The notes beneath the pieces were generated by a model. It had not been told where the DNA came from and did no database searches. It saw only the letters and a program-made list of their open reading frames with translations. Shown in pieces: positions 53,621 to 64,000 of a stretch of 64,000 nucleotides of DNA (positions are counted from its first letter, which is position 1; each line of letters starts with the position of its first letter). Location: NCBI RefSeq assembly GCF_006345805.1, contig NC_043020.1:27280001-27344000 (forward strand), written 5' to 3'. The stretch is from Octopus sinensis (Eukaryota). The translations under genes and the position numbers were made by a program.

Positions 53621-54059
53621 CATGCAAATGGCGTCATAAAAAAGATGCTGGAGGAGCAGTAAGAGGTAAAGCTATGTGCAACTGTCGTCTCGCAGCCGAT
53701 GGCTTGTAAACTATAAAAACGGCTAAAACAGTTCTGAAAAATAGTTTTCTCACAGCAAAAGTTTTTCATGATCTGCTAGATAAGGAATTTATAGAATGTA
53801 GACCAGAATTTATTGATAAATATTACCAGTTTTGCTGTTAAAAAGTATTTAAGACCTTTATATGCATCACTAAAGCGGTAGCAAAATATTAATATTGGAA
53901 ATGGCGCTATATTGGTAGCTGGACAAAATTTGCTTTTTCTTCAGCAGAAAGTTTTAAAGTTGGTTGTATATTTCAGTCAAAATTTCCACGGTTTCGTTAT
54001 TTTGATCACGTCGGGGTCACCAATTTAAAGCAGTATCGTATGCATGTGGAAATATGCAT

Positions 54060-54370
54060 TGCAGTAAGGCCTGTTAAATAAACTCAAGATGAATAATATT
54101 AAATGAATTCAGATACAATCACAATAGACTGCGAGGAAATATTTATTACAACTGCAGAAATTTTATGAAGCAATCAAGTAAGAAATTTCATTATTAAAAC
54201 CATTGTAAATATTTAAATGTTCATCAAAATGTCGAATAGAGATTAAAGAAAAACGTGAATACAGAATCACAATAATTCTGATTACTTCTATTCAGAGGTT
54301 GGTCGAAAATGCTTAGGTTAACTTCAAAGATTCTGGCTTGAAATCTGTTCAGATTGCAACTTGAAATTAA
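54060..54370 (+). mobile_element. Possible highly degenerate hAT transposase remnant
   Basis: LLKPL...CRIEIKEKR and VNFKDSGLKSVQIAT loosely resemble hAT (ZMYM1/TTF-type) motifs. Many stops. Confidence 0.3.
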
Positions 54371-54682
54371 ATTGTATTCATATCAAGGTTCCTGGTCGCT
54401 CGTGGCAAAAACCCTCCTCCCTGGGGACCTAACGATCCAGGACACCCCATTTTGTAACTGACGCCAGGCTAGTCCATCACGTTAAAAATGTGGGCGGTCC
54501 AAGTAAAACTAAATGGGTCTGATGCAGTTACATCTATTTTTCGACAATTGTGAGATTAACTATAGCTTGGATTGCGTGCTTTATGTTTTTGTGCGGCTGT
54601 ACCTAACTTTTATATTGTTTCTGTTGAATAAGTTTGTGGTATCTGTGGTTGCTGGGAAATGTTTCTTGATTATTTTACGAAG

Positions 54683-54731
<49 letters not shown>

Positions 54732-55394
54732 CACGCGGTGAACCAAAATGGGTAATCAAAAGTAAAAAAGCTACAATGTGGGCAGCTAAAGTTTACAAGC
54801 GCTCATGTTGCCGCTACTCATATATACAACAGGCTTCTTTCAGTTTCTGCCAATCAAATCCACTCACAAGGCTTTGGTCGGCCTTAGGCTATAGTAGAAG
54901 ACAATTGCGGAGGTGCCACGCAGTGGGACTGAACCGGAACCAGGTGGTTGGGAAGCAAGCTTCTTACCACACATCCATGCCTGATGGAGAAATAAAAAAA
55001 AAAACACGGATAAAAAACAAAAATCGCAAAGAAAAACTTACCTGTTTCAGTCTTAGGCAGCGGCCATACTTGGGCACTCCTTTCAAGAATTTTAGTCGAA
55101 CGAATCGACCCCATTGCTTATTTTTAAATTTCGGCCCTGGTACTTATTCTATCGGCTCTTATTTGCCAGACTGCTAAGTTACAGGGACATAAACACACCA
55201 ACACCGGTTGTCAAGCGGTAGGGGCGGGCAAAGACAGAGACAAAGATACACAAGTACACCCTCACACAGAAACTTACACACACACATACATACAAGCACA
55301 CTCACACACACACACAGACACACACGTGCACATATATACGTACACTCACACACACACACACATTCGTCTATTTTCCCCTTCTCTCTCTTTACTT

Positions 55395-55735
55395 TTCAGG
55401 ACACAAGCAGGGAACCTATCAGGTGTTTAATTTCGTTTATTGACGCCAAGACATCAGGAGTGTCCGATATAGTGTGTTGAGGATTAACATCACTGATAGA
55501 GTCCAGATCAGCCAAATCAAGATTGATGAAAACAGAACAGAACTGTTTTTGCAGTATCTCACTCATGGCTTTGACATTATCTTGGAGATTGCCATTTTCA
55601 TCAATTAGAGGGCCAACAGTGGAGACAGTGCCCTTGTGTATTTTCGCAAAAGAGAACACTTTGGGGGTTGAGTTTGATTTTCTCAACAGCCCATTTCTCC
55701 TCAGCTGTTCTTTGGCTATTAATAATGAAGATATA
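55395..55735 (-). mobile_element. CR1-clade LINE fragment (linker between endonuclease and RT)
   Basis: KSNSTPKVFSFAK...TVGPLIDENGNLQDNVKAMSEILQKQFCSVF. Confidence 0.65.
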
Positions 55736-56130
55736 TATATATAGATAACAAGGTAAAAGTTTTTATTTTTCATTTCCTTCAAAAATTGCTATTAAATGTG
55801 GCTTTGGTCGTTTTGACTGCTTCTTCTAGCGTGTAAAAATTACCTGTTAAAGGGTAGTTTTCTCTTGTGTTTAAATGTACACTATTTTATAATGAATAAG
55901 GTGTCTATTGACTATTTATATATGCTAGGCCACTGGTGGTGATATTTCTAAGAATATTCGCTACCCTATATATGTATATATATATATATAATATATATAT
56001 ATAATATATATAATATATATATTATATATATATATATATTAATATATATATATATATATATATGTATATAGATGATATATATATATATATAATAAATGAT
56101 GATACGTATATATATATATATATATATAAT

Positions 56131-56219
56131 AAATATAATTAAGGGCTCCTAAATAAGGATGCCAAGTGCTAGGGACACTAGCACTTGGCATCCTTATTTA
56201 GGAGCCCTTAATTATATTT
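56131..56219. repeat. Perfect 42-bp-arm palindrome with a 5-nt loop
   Basis: AAATATAATTAAGGGCTCCTAAATAAGGATGCCAAGTGCTAG-GGACA-reverse complement. Confidence 0.93.
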
Positions 56220-56322
56220 CTACATGAATAATATTTTTCTATATGAATAATATTTTGTCTAATGACTAATTCGTCTTTTGTGCTGGGCCACTGGTAATAA
56301 TCTATATTATTACCCTTCTGAT

Positions 56323-56355
<33 letters not shown>

Positions 56356-56829
56356 TGCAAGCTTCTACACTATTTCCGTCTGACAAATCCACCCACTGAA
56401 CCCAAAAGCCCATGGTTGACAGGCGAGTTTTCTTAACCACGCGGCCATGCCTGCACCAATTCATAATCACGACTATGCCTACAGGATTTGTTTCTTCTCT
56501 TTTGAACCTTTTCTTTGGTCTCTTCTCTTTGAATATATTTCGTATCCGTTGTCGTATCTTTATTTCTGTTTGAACATTCTGCTGAAATGTCCAAAACAGC
56601 AGCGAAGAAATTATTGATATTTTTTTCAGTGGCCATAAGAATAAAATGAGTTTTGTTATTGATGTTTTTATTGTGCTACATGTATAAATCTTGACTGGAT
56701 TTTGCTGGCAGGCATTAAAGGAAATGTGTGTATAACCTGTTAGCTGACCTGTATTGATGAGAAGAGTTAAAATGTGAAATAAATTACTTTGTTGTGGAGA
56801 AGAAGTAGAAGAAGAAGAAGAAGAAGAAG

Positions 56830-56929
56830 NNNNNNNNNNNNNNNNNNNNNNNNNNNNNNNNNNNNNNNNNNNNNNNNNNNNNNNNNNNNNNNNNNNNNNN
56901 NNNNNNNNNNNNNNNNNNNNNNNNNNNNN
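56830..56929. other. Assembly gap (100 N) next to a (GAA)n tract
   Basis: Run of n characters. Confidence 0.99.
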
Positions 56930-57974
56930 ATCCTTCCTGCTATATGCACAAGACCTGAAATGTGGGAGAGGGGAACTAGTCGATTTCAGCGACCCCAGTA
57001 CTTCGCTGGTACTTATTTAATAGCCCCGAAAGGATGAAAGGCAAAGTCGACATTAATAACGATAAGGCAGGATTTTATAGTAACAAGAATACCTTTTGAC
57101 CATTCGAGAAGTGAATTAAAAAAACGAAAAAGCGTTTTTAACCAAATTTTAAGGCTGATGAAAGTTATCTCCCCTAACCACAAAGGCAAGCTAGCATAAA
57201 AATGAATATTTTCACCAGCAGTATCGCCCGGCATTGCTCGGGCTTGTTTCGACCCTTCAGAATTGGAATTTTTGAAAAGTAACAATTTTGCATTATGTAG
57301 CTTGTTATTCTCTTTAAGTGAACATTTTTCTGGTTGAAATACACCGAAAAATGGCGACACAGCAGTCATAAAATAGTAAAAAATAGGGATTTTCATAGAA
57401 AAAAAAGTACCTTTTTTTATGTAAATAATTTTTGGTGTTAACATGGTCCGATTAAAATTTTTTCTTCTACGGAAGGAAGAGCAAGCCTTCTTCTATCATA
57501 CTCTCAATTTTGGTCAACTTGCGCCGCAGGGTCTTGGAGGAGATAGTGTTAGTTGAAGGCTACCAAACCTGCCATACACAGACAACTTCAGATTTTTATA
57601 TATAGAGATATAAAAACCATACAAACAAAGCAAAAGCCAAAAAAAGGGGGGAGGGAAGAAAAATTCTTGGTTTATCTCCAAGACTTGCAGAGTGTAATGT
57701 TTATGTATTTTCTTTTCTTTGTCTTTTTTATAAAGCCATTTGAGGAGAGAGTGGAAGCGAACGGCGGATTTGGGTTGTAAAAATTCATATGCTTAGAATA
57801 TTCGGAAACACAGTATGTCACGTGATGCATTATCGGTGTGATCATCATCATCATCATGATCATCGTAGTCGTGGTCACCACCACCATCGCTGCCGTTGCT
57901 ACAACTACCCCCCCCCCCCCATCATCTTCCTCCTCCTCCTCTACATCATCATATCTGTTTCTTTATTACCAACA

Positions 57975-58185
57975 GGGGACTAAACACAGAGGGGACAAAC
58001 AAGGACAGACAGACGGATTAAGTCGATTACATCGACCCCAGTACGTAACTGGTACTAATTTAATCGACCCCGAAAAGATGAATGGCAAAGTCGACCTCGA
58101 CGGAATTTGAACTCAGAACGTAACGGCAGACGAAATACGGCTACGCATTCGCCCGGCGTGCTAACGTTTCTGCCTGCTCGCCCGC
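57975..58185 (-). mobile_element. Monomer of the same tRNA-SINE. Related copies or subfamilies at 3205-3410, 28595-28790, 30480-30625, 32650-32870 and 42065-42310.
   Basis: A-box GCGAGCTGGCAGAA and B-box GAGTTCAAATTCC, followed by GGTCGACTTTGCCTTTCATCCTTTCGGGGTCGAT. Confidence 0.85.
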
Positions 58186-58740
58186 CCCCCCACGACGACG
58201 ACGACGACACGTCGTCGTCGTCGTCGTCGTCTTCTTCTTCTATTCTTCTTCTTTCTTCTTCTTCTTCCTTCTTCTTCTTCTTCTTCTTCTTCTTCTTCTT
58301 CTTCTTCTTCTTCTTCTTCTAGCATTCGAAATATGAATAGAATCACAAGAGATTAGACTGTGAATGTGAGTGCTAACACCACACAGTACGAGAGGAATAC
58401 AAACTTTCTCACGGACCCTGGGCTTTCTCCAAAGGTCTGACTTACTCAATAAAGCCGATATTTTATTAACGTACAACAAACTTGTTTTCCCGGTTTCGTC
58501 TTCCAGGTGAAAGAGACATAATTAAATGAATAATTATTTGTAACTGATAAATTATGTATTTTACAACGGTAACCCCTGAAGAAAATTTGAACACGGATTA
58601 AGGATCTGTAAGGAAGAAGGGTAAATAAGGAAATGTAAAATTGATGATACAGGTCTTGAGATGAAAATGAACTGGTAAGCGACGATTTATTCTCCGTTAT
58701 AAAATACAATGATTGCCATTACATGAAATAAAATAAATAC

Positions 58741-59155
58741 AGGCTGTGTGGTAAGTAGCTTGCTAACCAACCACATGGTTCCGGGTTCAGTCCCAATGCG
58801 TGGCATCTTGGGCAAGTGTCTTCTGCTATAGCCCCGGGCCGACCAATGCCTTGTGAGTGGATTTGGTAGACGGAAACTGAAGAAGCCTGTCGTATATATG
58901 TATTATATATATATGTGTGTGTGTTGTGTGTGTGTGTGTGTGTTTGTGTGTCTGTGTTTGTCCACCTAGCATTGCTTGACAACCGATGCTGGTGTGTTTA
59001 CGTCCCCGTCACTTAGCGGTTCGGCAAAAGAGACCGATAGAATAAGTACTGGGCTTACAAAGAATACGTCCCGGGGTCGAGTTGCTCGACTAAAAGGCGG
59101 TGCTCCAGCATGGCCGCAGTCAAATGACTGAAACAAGTAAAAGAGTAAAAGAGAG
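58741..59155 (+). mobile_element. Full-length tRNA/CORE-type SINE
   Basis: Same family. Confidence 0.87.
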
Positions 59156-59962
59156 TGATCCCTCGCTACTTCGCGGTTCAACTATTGCGGATTCACGACT
59201 TCGCCGTTTAGAAAGTTCCGCGGACCGCAGTTCGCCCATAATTGCAATAAAGCACTCTCCAATCAGTAAATAGAATTATGATAGGAGATCACAATAAAGC
59301 TTCCTTAGAAACGTAACCATTCACCAATTTTAGATATAAATAAGGATTTTTAAACAAAACCCAAAGCAGTAAAGGATTAAAATTAAATAATCTTCTTGGG
59401 TGGGTGGGCGTCTGATGTTCTGGAATTGTGTTGTCATCAATACTCTGGGTCTTGTAGTATTTACTCATTGAAAACAAGCCACTGCATACATATACTAGAA
59501 TTTGGGCCCCTAAACCTGTAAGCCCCCCACCCGGCAACTGCACAATATGCCCATGCCTTTAAAACGGCGCTGGCTGCACGTTTATCACGGCTTCTCAGTT
59601 ATGATAAAGAAACCGGTCAGAATTCAAGCGTGCGGTCTAACTGCAATCCTAAATACTTAACCCTAACCCAGATCAGGTCATTTCCATAGTGTGGAGCAGG
59701 GATACTGTCGGAAACCACACGCTAGAGTAGCACCCCATTTACTTATTGACAGCAAGCTACAACATAGATCACAATAGGATCCAAGACCCGTGAGTCGGTG
59801 GGTAACAACTCATGGTTTACGATGACAAGCCGTTGAATTATTCTTTCTGATTTTGGCACAGTTCCAGTAATTTTGAGTGTGGTGCGTGGTGGTGAAGGAA
59901 AAAGTCAACTACATCGCCCCTAAAGCAGTCTTCCAATAATAAAATAAATATATAAATAAATA

Positions 59963-60378
59963 TAGGCGCAGGAGTGGCTGTGTGGTAAGTAGCTTGCTAA
60001 CCAACCACATGGTTCCGGGTTCAGTCCCACTGCGTGGCATCTTGGGCAAGTGTCTTCTGCTATAGCCCCGGGCCGACCAATGCCTTGTGAGTGGATTTGG
60101 TAGATGGAAACTGAAAGAAGGCCGTCGTGTATATATATATATATATATATGCGTGTGTGTGTTTGTGTGTCTGTGTTTGTCCCCCTAGCATTGCTTGACA
60201 ACCGATGCTGGTGTGTTTACGTCCCCGTCACTTAGCGGTTCGGCAAAAGAGACCGATAGAATAAGTACTGGGCTTACAAAGAATAAGTCCCGGGGTCGAT
60301 TGCTCGACTAAAGGCGGTGCTCCAGCATGGCCGCAGTTAAATGACTGAAACGAGTAAAAGAGTAAGAGTAAAAGAGTA
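59963..60378 (+). mobile_element. Full-length tRNA/CORE-type SINE with TSD
   Basis: Same family. TATATAAATAAAT is duplicated on both flanks. Confidence 0.88.
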
Positions 60379-60683
60379 TATAAATAAATGCGCCCTTTTT
60401 AAAGCCTAGCCAGTCCCATGGGCCCGGTTTCCCGGTTTCTATGGCGTATGTGTTCCCCAGCTGGACGGGACGTCAGACCATCGCAGCATTACTCACTTTT
60501 GCCAGCTGAGTGGACTGGAGCAACGCGAAATGAAGTGTTTTGCTCAAGAACACAACGCGTCGCCCGGTCCAGGAATCGAAACCACAATCTTACGAACATG
60601 ATGCTGACACCCTAACCACTAAGCCACGCGCCTCCACAATCTTTCAATATATGACAAGTAATTCAGTCAGAATTCAAGTTATT

Positions 60684-61060
60684 GATCTTTTCGGTTTGAA
60701 CGGCAGTTTTTAACATAATTTCTAGGTAACTAAAAAATTATAGAACATCTTTTTCTCTTGGCTTTATTGAGAAAATTCTATGGTTTGTAAGATATTTGTT
60801 ATTTTTTTTCTTCAAATTTTGCAGTTTCAACCAATCACTGACGTCTATTGAGGTAAAAAAAACACATTCTGTGCCGTATGAATATGTCCCTCGTTTAAGG
60901 AACAGATTGGGTTTATTTACATTTGTGATGAAAAAAAGATACCATTTCCCCCCACCCCTAACCCCAACCCTAAAACAGATTGAAATGCAATAGATCGATA
61001 CAAGGTTCATAATTATGGGTGTCCGCTAGAAAAAAACTGCCGTTCAAACCGAAAAGATCC
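60684..61060. mobile_element. MULE-type MITE
   Basis: 28-bp perfect TIR GATCTTTTCGGTTTGAACGGCAGTTTTT. 9-bp flanking duplication CAAGTTATT at 60675-60683 and 61061-61069. Confidence 0.8.
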
Positions 61061-61787
61061 CAAGTTATTCCTTGGTGGTGGTAGTGGTGGGGGGGGGAAG
61101 TCAACTACATTTTCCCTTAAGCAGTCTTCCAATTTATGACAAGTAATTCTGTCATAATTCAAGTCAGTCCTTGACTTTCAGTCAGAATTCAAGTCATTCC
61201 TTGGTGGGGGGGGGGGAAGTCAACGACATCGCCCCTAGAGCAAATCTTTCAATTTATGACGAGTAATTCTGTCAGAATTGAAGTCAGTCCTTGACTTGTC
61301 TCCTCATTGGTGTTTTATAAACAGGAAACATTTTTTCCTGCCGCACCGCTTCGTTCTATAATTTTCTCTCAATCCTTCTCATTGACTGCCCTAACCTGTC
61401 CTGGCTGCGATCTTTATGTTTTTCTCTCTCCTTTCTAAGCCGGTTGTATCCGACTGAAGCGTACTCTTAATAGCTTTTTCTTTTCTTCCTACGAATCCAC
61501 CCCCGGCGGCGAAGTAAAAAACAAAAAAAAAACGGACACTTTCTGTCAACGTATGTTTGTATATAGGAGGACCAGATAGGAAGAAGTGTCTATAATGTAT
61601 ATATATATACACACCTACTACACACGTTATAACTATGTTACGTATAACGAAGCCTTATGTATTTAATTGAACACCTGTTATTAATTATTTTTAATAATTA
61701 AACACTAGAAACACCCCCTCTTCTCCTCCCCTCTCTCTCCTATATATACACACACGCTTCTATATATTTATCATTAATACCAATTCC

Positions 61788-61884
61788 ATGGAACCCTCAA
61801 ATATTATCAGTCGGTTACGGCAATTTGATGCCTATCCGAAGACCTTGGAAGATTTCCGAGTGAAGACTTTCGGTGGAGCAATTG
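61788..61884 (+). CDS. ERGIC3: ER-Golgi intermediate compartment protein 3, coding exon 1: MEPSNIISRLRQFDAYPKTLEDFRVKTFGGAI+G
   Basis: FDAYPKTLEDFRVKT is the conserved ERGIC3/Erv46 N-terminal motif. Phase-1 donor G|gtaagg. Exon 2 was not found in the window. Confidence 0.9.
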
Positions 61885-62136
61885 GTAAGGGTCACTTTAT
61901 ATTCTTACATATTTGCATTTTCTCTTTTTACCCCAAACCCGTTGTTAATTTCAGTCGTCACTAAAATAGGAATATGCCTTTCCAAAAACAGTTTAAATCA
62001 CGGTGGAAATAAGCCTTTTTTAAAAAAATTTCCTTCTCTCTCTTGAATTCTTCGTTACAAACAATAACTTCCTCTTCCTGGCAAATTTTTTAGTTAAGAG
62101 CAAAATATGCTATAAGTGCGTGTGTGTGTATGAATG

Positions 62137-62190
<54 letters not shown>

Positions 62191-62618
62191 AGCTACACAT
62201 ATTTTTTATCAACTTAAATCAGATGTGGGCTGGGTCTATGTATATATATGTCTTGTGCCGCCCTTACGACACGCTGACCAGGTGTTGCTATACAACGTGA
62301 CTGATATGTAATGTAAATGAACATACACACACACACACATAATACAATAAATGAATTAATTGCATTGCAATTAAAAGCATTTATGTATTAAGAATTTGGG
62401 TACTTTACCAACAGTATATTGGATAAATGATATCCCATAGTGGGTTGCACCCATAACCCCTAACTTACTTGGTACTATATATATATATATATATAAATGC
62501 ACACACACACACACCACACACATATATTATATAGTATTAATATTATATATTAGAATTACTATACACCCACACAACACACACACATATATATATATATATA
62601 AGATATATATATCTATAT

Positions 62619-62654
<36 letters not shown>

Positions 62655-64000
62655 ATATACAGGTATACTCATAGTATAGATCTGGGAAGACTATAGTTGA
62701 AATCAGGACTCTACAAACTTATGTAGAATCTATACTTTAATCGTGATAGCAAAAGTTCAGGATGCTGGTTGATATGTATTTATGTATGTATGTATGTATG
62801 TGTGTATGTATGTATGTGTGTATATATATGTATGTGTGTGTGTATGTATGTATCGATGTATGTGTGAGTGTGTGAGGTTCTAAGCTATTAAATTGTTAAA
62901 TTACCTACGAAAATTCATTTTTTTTCTTCCTTTATATTACCATAAGTTTACACTTCTGTCAACTTTATTATATTTAAGAAATTAACGACACTATGGTTCG
63001 TGATTAACAGTCATTAATATACATACACACAAAACAGACTGCTTTATTTTGAGTTTGCTAGTGTTAACAATACACGCAAATAAAATACAGACTTGAGATG
63101 TAGTGCCCCAAGTGAGCTATATTCCACTTCATACCTACATAAATACATACATATGTGTGTGTATGAGAGAGAAGGCATACTTTTTAACTGTAAACATGGC
63201 TAATTTCATTATGAATAAAGTCCTAATTAGTCATTCGGAAGTAATCAGAGCTGAAAGGTTTAATGTCAAGAAGTCGAGAGAAGACTAAGAATGTCGCTTT
63301 GAAAGTTTTTTAATCTTCTTTTCAAAGTTTTTTTGTGTGTTTGTTTATATATGTATATATAGTTTGTAGAAATACATAGATCCGGAGGAGAAGCACACTT
63401 TAAGGTGTAGAGCAGTTAATATCATAGTGGGGGTTACCCTGGGTTTCTCGCTCGTTAAGGGGTTTAGCATTACGGCGTGTCTTCAGACCCCAAACACTGC
63501 TGGAATGATTGTTTGAGGTCTGAAGACACACCGTAAGGTTAAGCCTCTTATGAGCAAGAAACTCCACAAACCGGCCTACAGCACCTTAATACACACACGC
63601 AGAAGTCAGTGGACAAACGAAATAAAAGGGCACACAATACATTTAAGGGTTATATCATTTAAAACAGGTTAGGGGGCTTTGTGAAACTTGAAGTAGCATG
63701 AAACCGAATCAGGCTGTTTTAAATAATATATATATGTGTGTATATATATATATAATATATATATATATATATGAGTAGTTGAATGAATTATCTTATTAAG
63801 GATAATTCGAATTAACCGATACCTGGGTAGCAAATTCACATCAGAAAATATAAAGTTGTTGACAATTTCCTTAAGCAAGGTTTCTTTTGTTAATTCGTCG
63901 TTCAGCTCCATTCTTTCATATATTTATATATATATATATATATATATATCACATGAGATCGATGACCACTATGTGGACAACCCTTATGCTAGAAGTAGAT

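Noticed and set aside
53620-54500. LTR of the Gypsy element
   Set aside because: No TG...CA-bounded repeat pair, PBS or PPT could be identified.
59289-59543. ORF MSKYYKTQSIDD... as a host exon
   Set aside because: No polypyrimidine acceptor, weak donor, and no recognisable homology.
61060-61300. About 130-bp local duplication upstream of ERGIC3 as a regulatory module
   Set aside because: Fragments of the same repeat occur at about 59890 and 60640, interrupted by SINEs and a MITE. It looks like a degraded local repeat with no evidence of function.
61885-64000. ERGIC3 exon 2
   Set aside because: No AG-bounded segment encoding the expected VT.....L...SE transmembrane stretch was found. It probably lies beyond the window.

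Overview
AT-rich, microsatellite- and retroposon-dense animal genomic DNA. The SINE families and repeat landscape look like an octopus, which is an inference. There is one 100-N assembly gap. Two host genes are recognisable. (1) A complete 7-exon, 244-aa L-xylulose/dicarbonyl reductase (DCXR): exons 1-5 lie on the minus strand (13319 to 4721), but exons 6-7 lie on the plus strand (2418-3556), with matching splice phases. (2) The first coding exon of ERGIC3 (61788-61884, +). Most of the rest is transposon-derived. There is a head-to-tail array of Tx1/L1-clade LINEs (one near full length), each ending in a (TATC)n/(TGTC)n tract. Other remnants are CR1, RTE, R4/Dong-like, Ty3/Gypsy, Tc1/mariner, Helitron and MULE-type elements. 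Three tRNA-derived SINE families are present: one shares its 3' tail with the Tx1 LINE and forms concatemers, and another shares a covarying 3' stem-loop with the CR1 LINE. There are minimal hammerhead-ribozyme motifs, two of them canonical and in tandem 1380 nt apart, and several perfect foldback palindromes. Homopolymer indels between near-identical repeats suggest imperfectly polished long-read sequence, so every structural oddity needs raw-read confirmation. Most ORFs in the supplied track are microsatellite artefacts.
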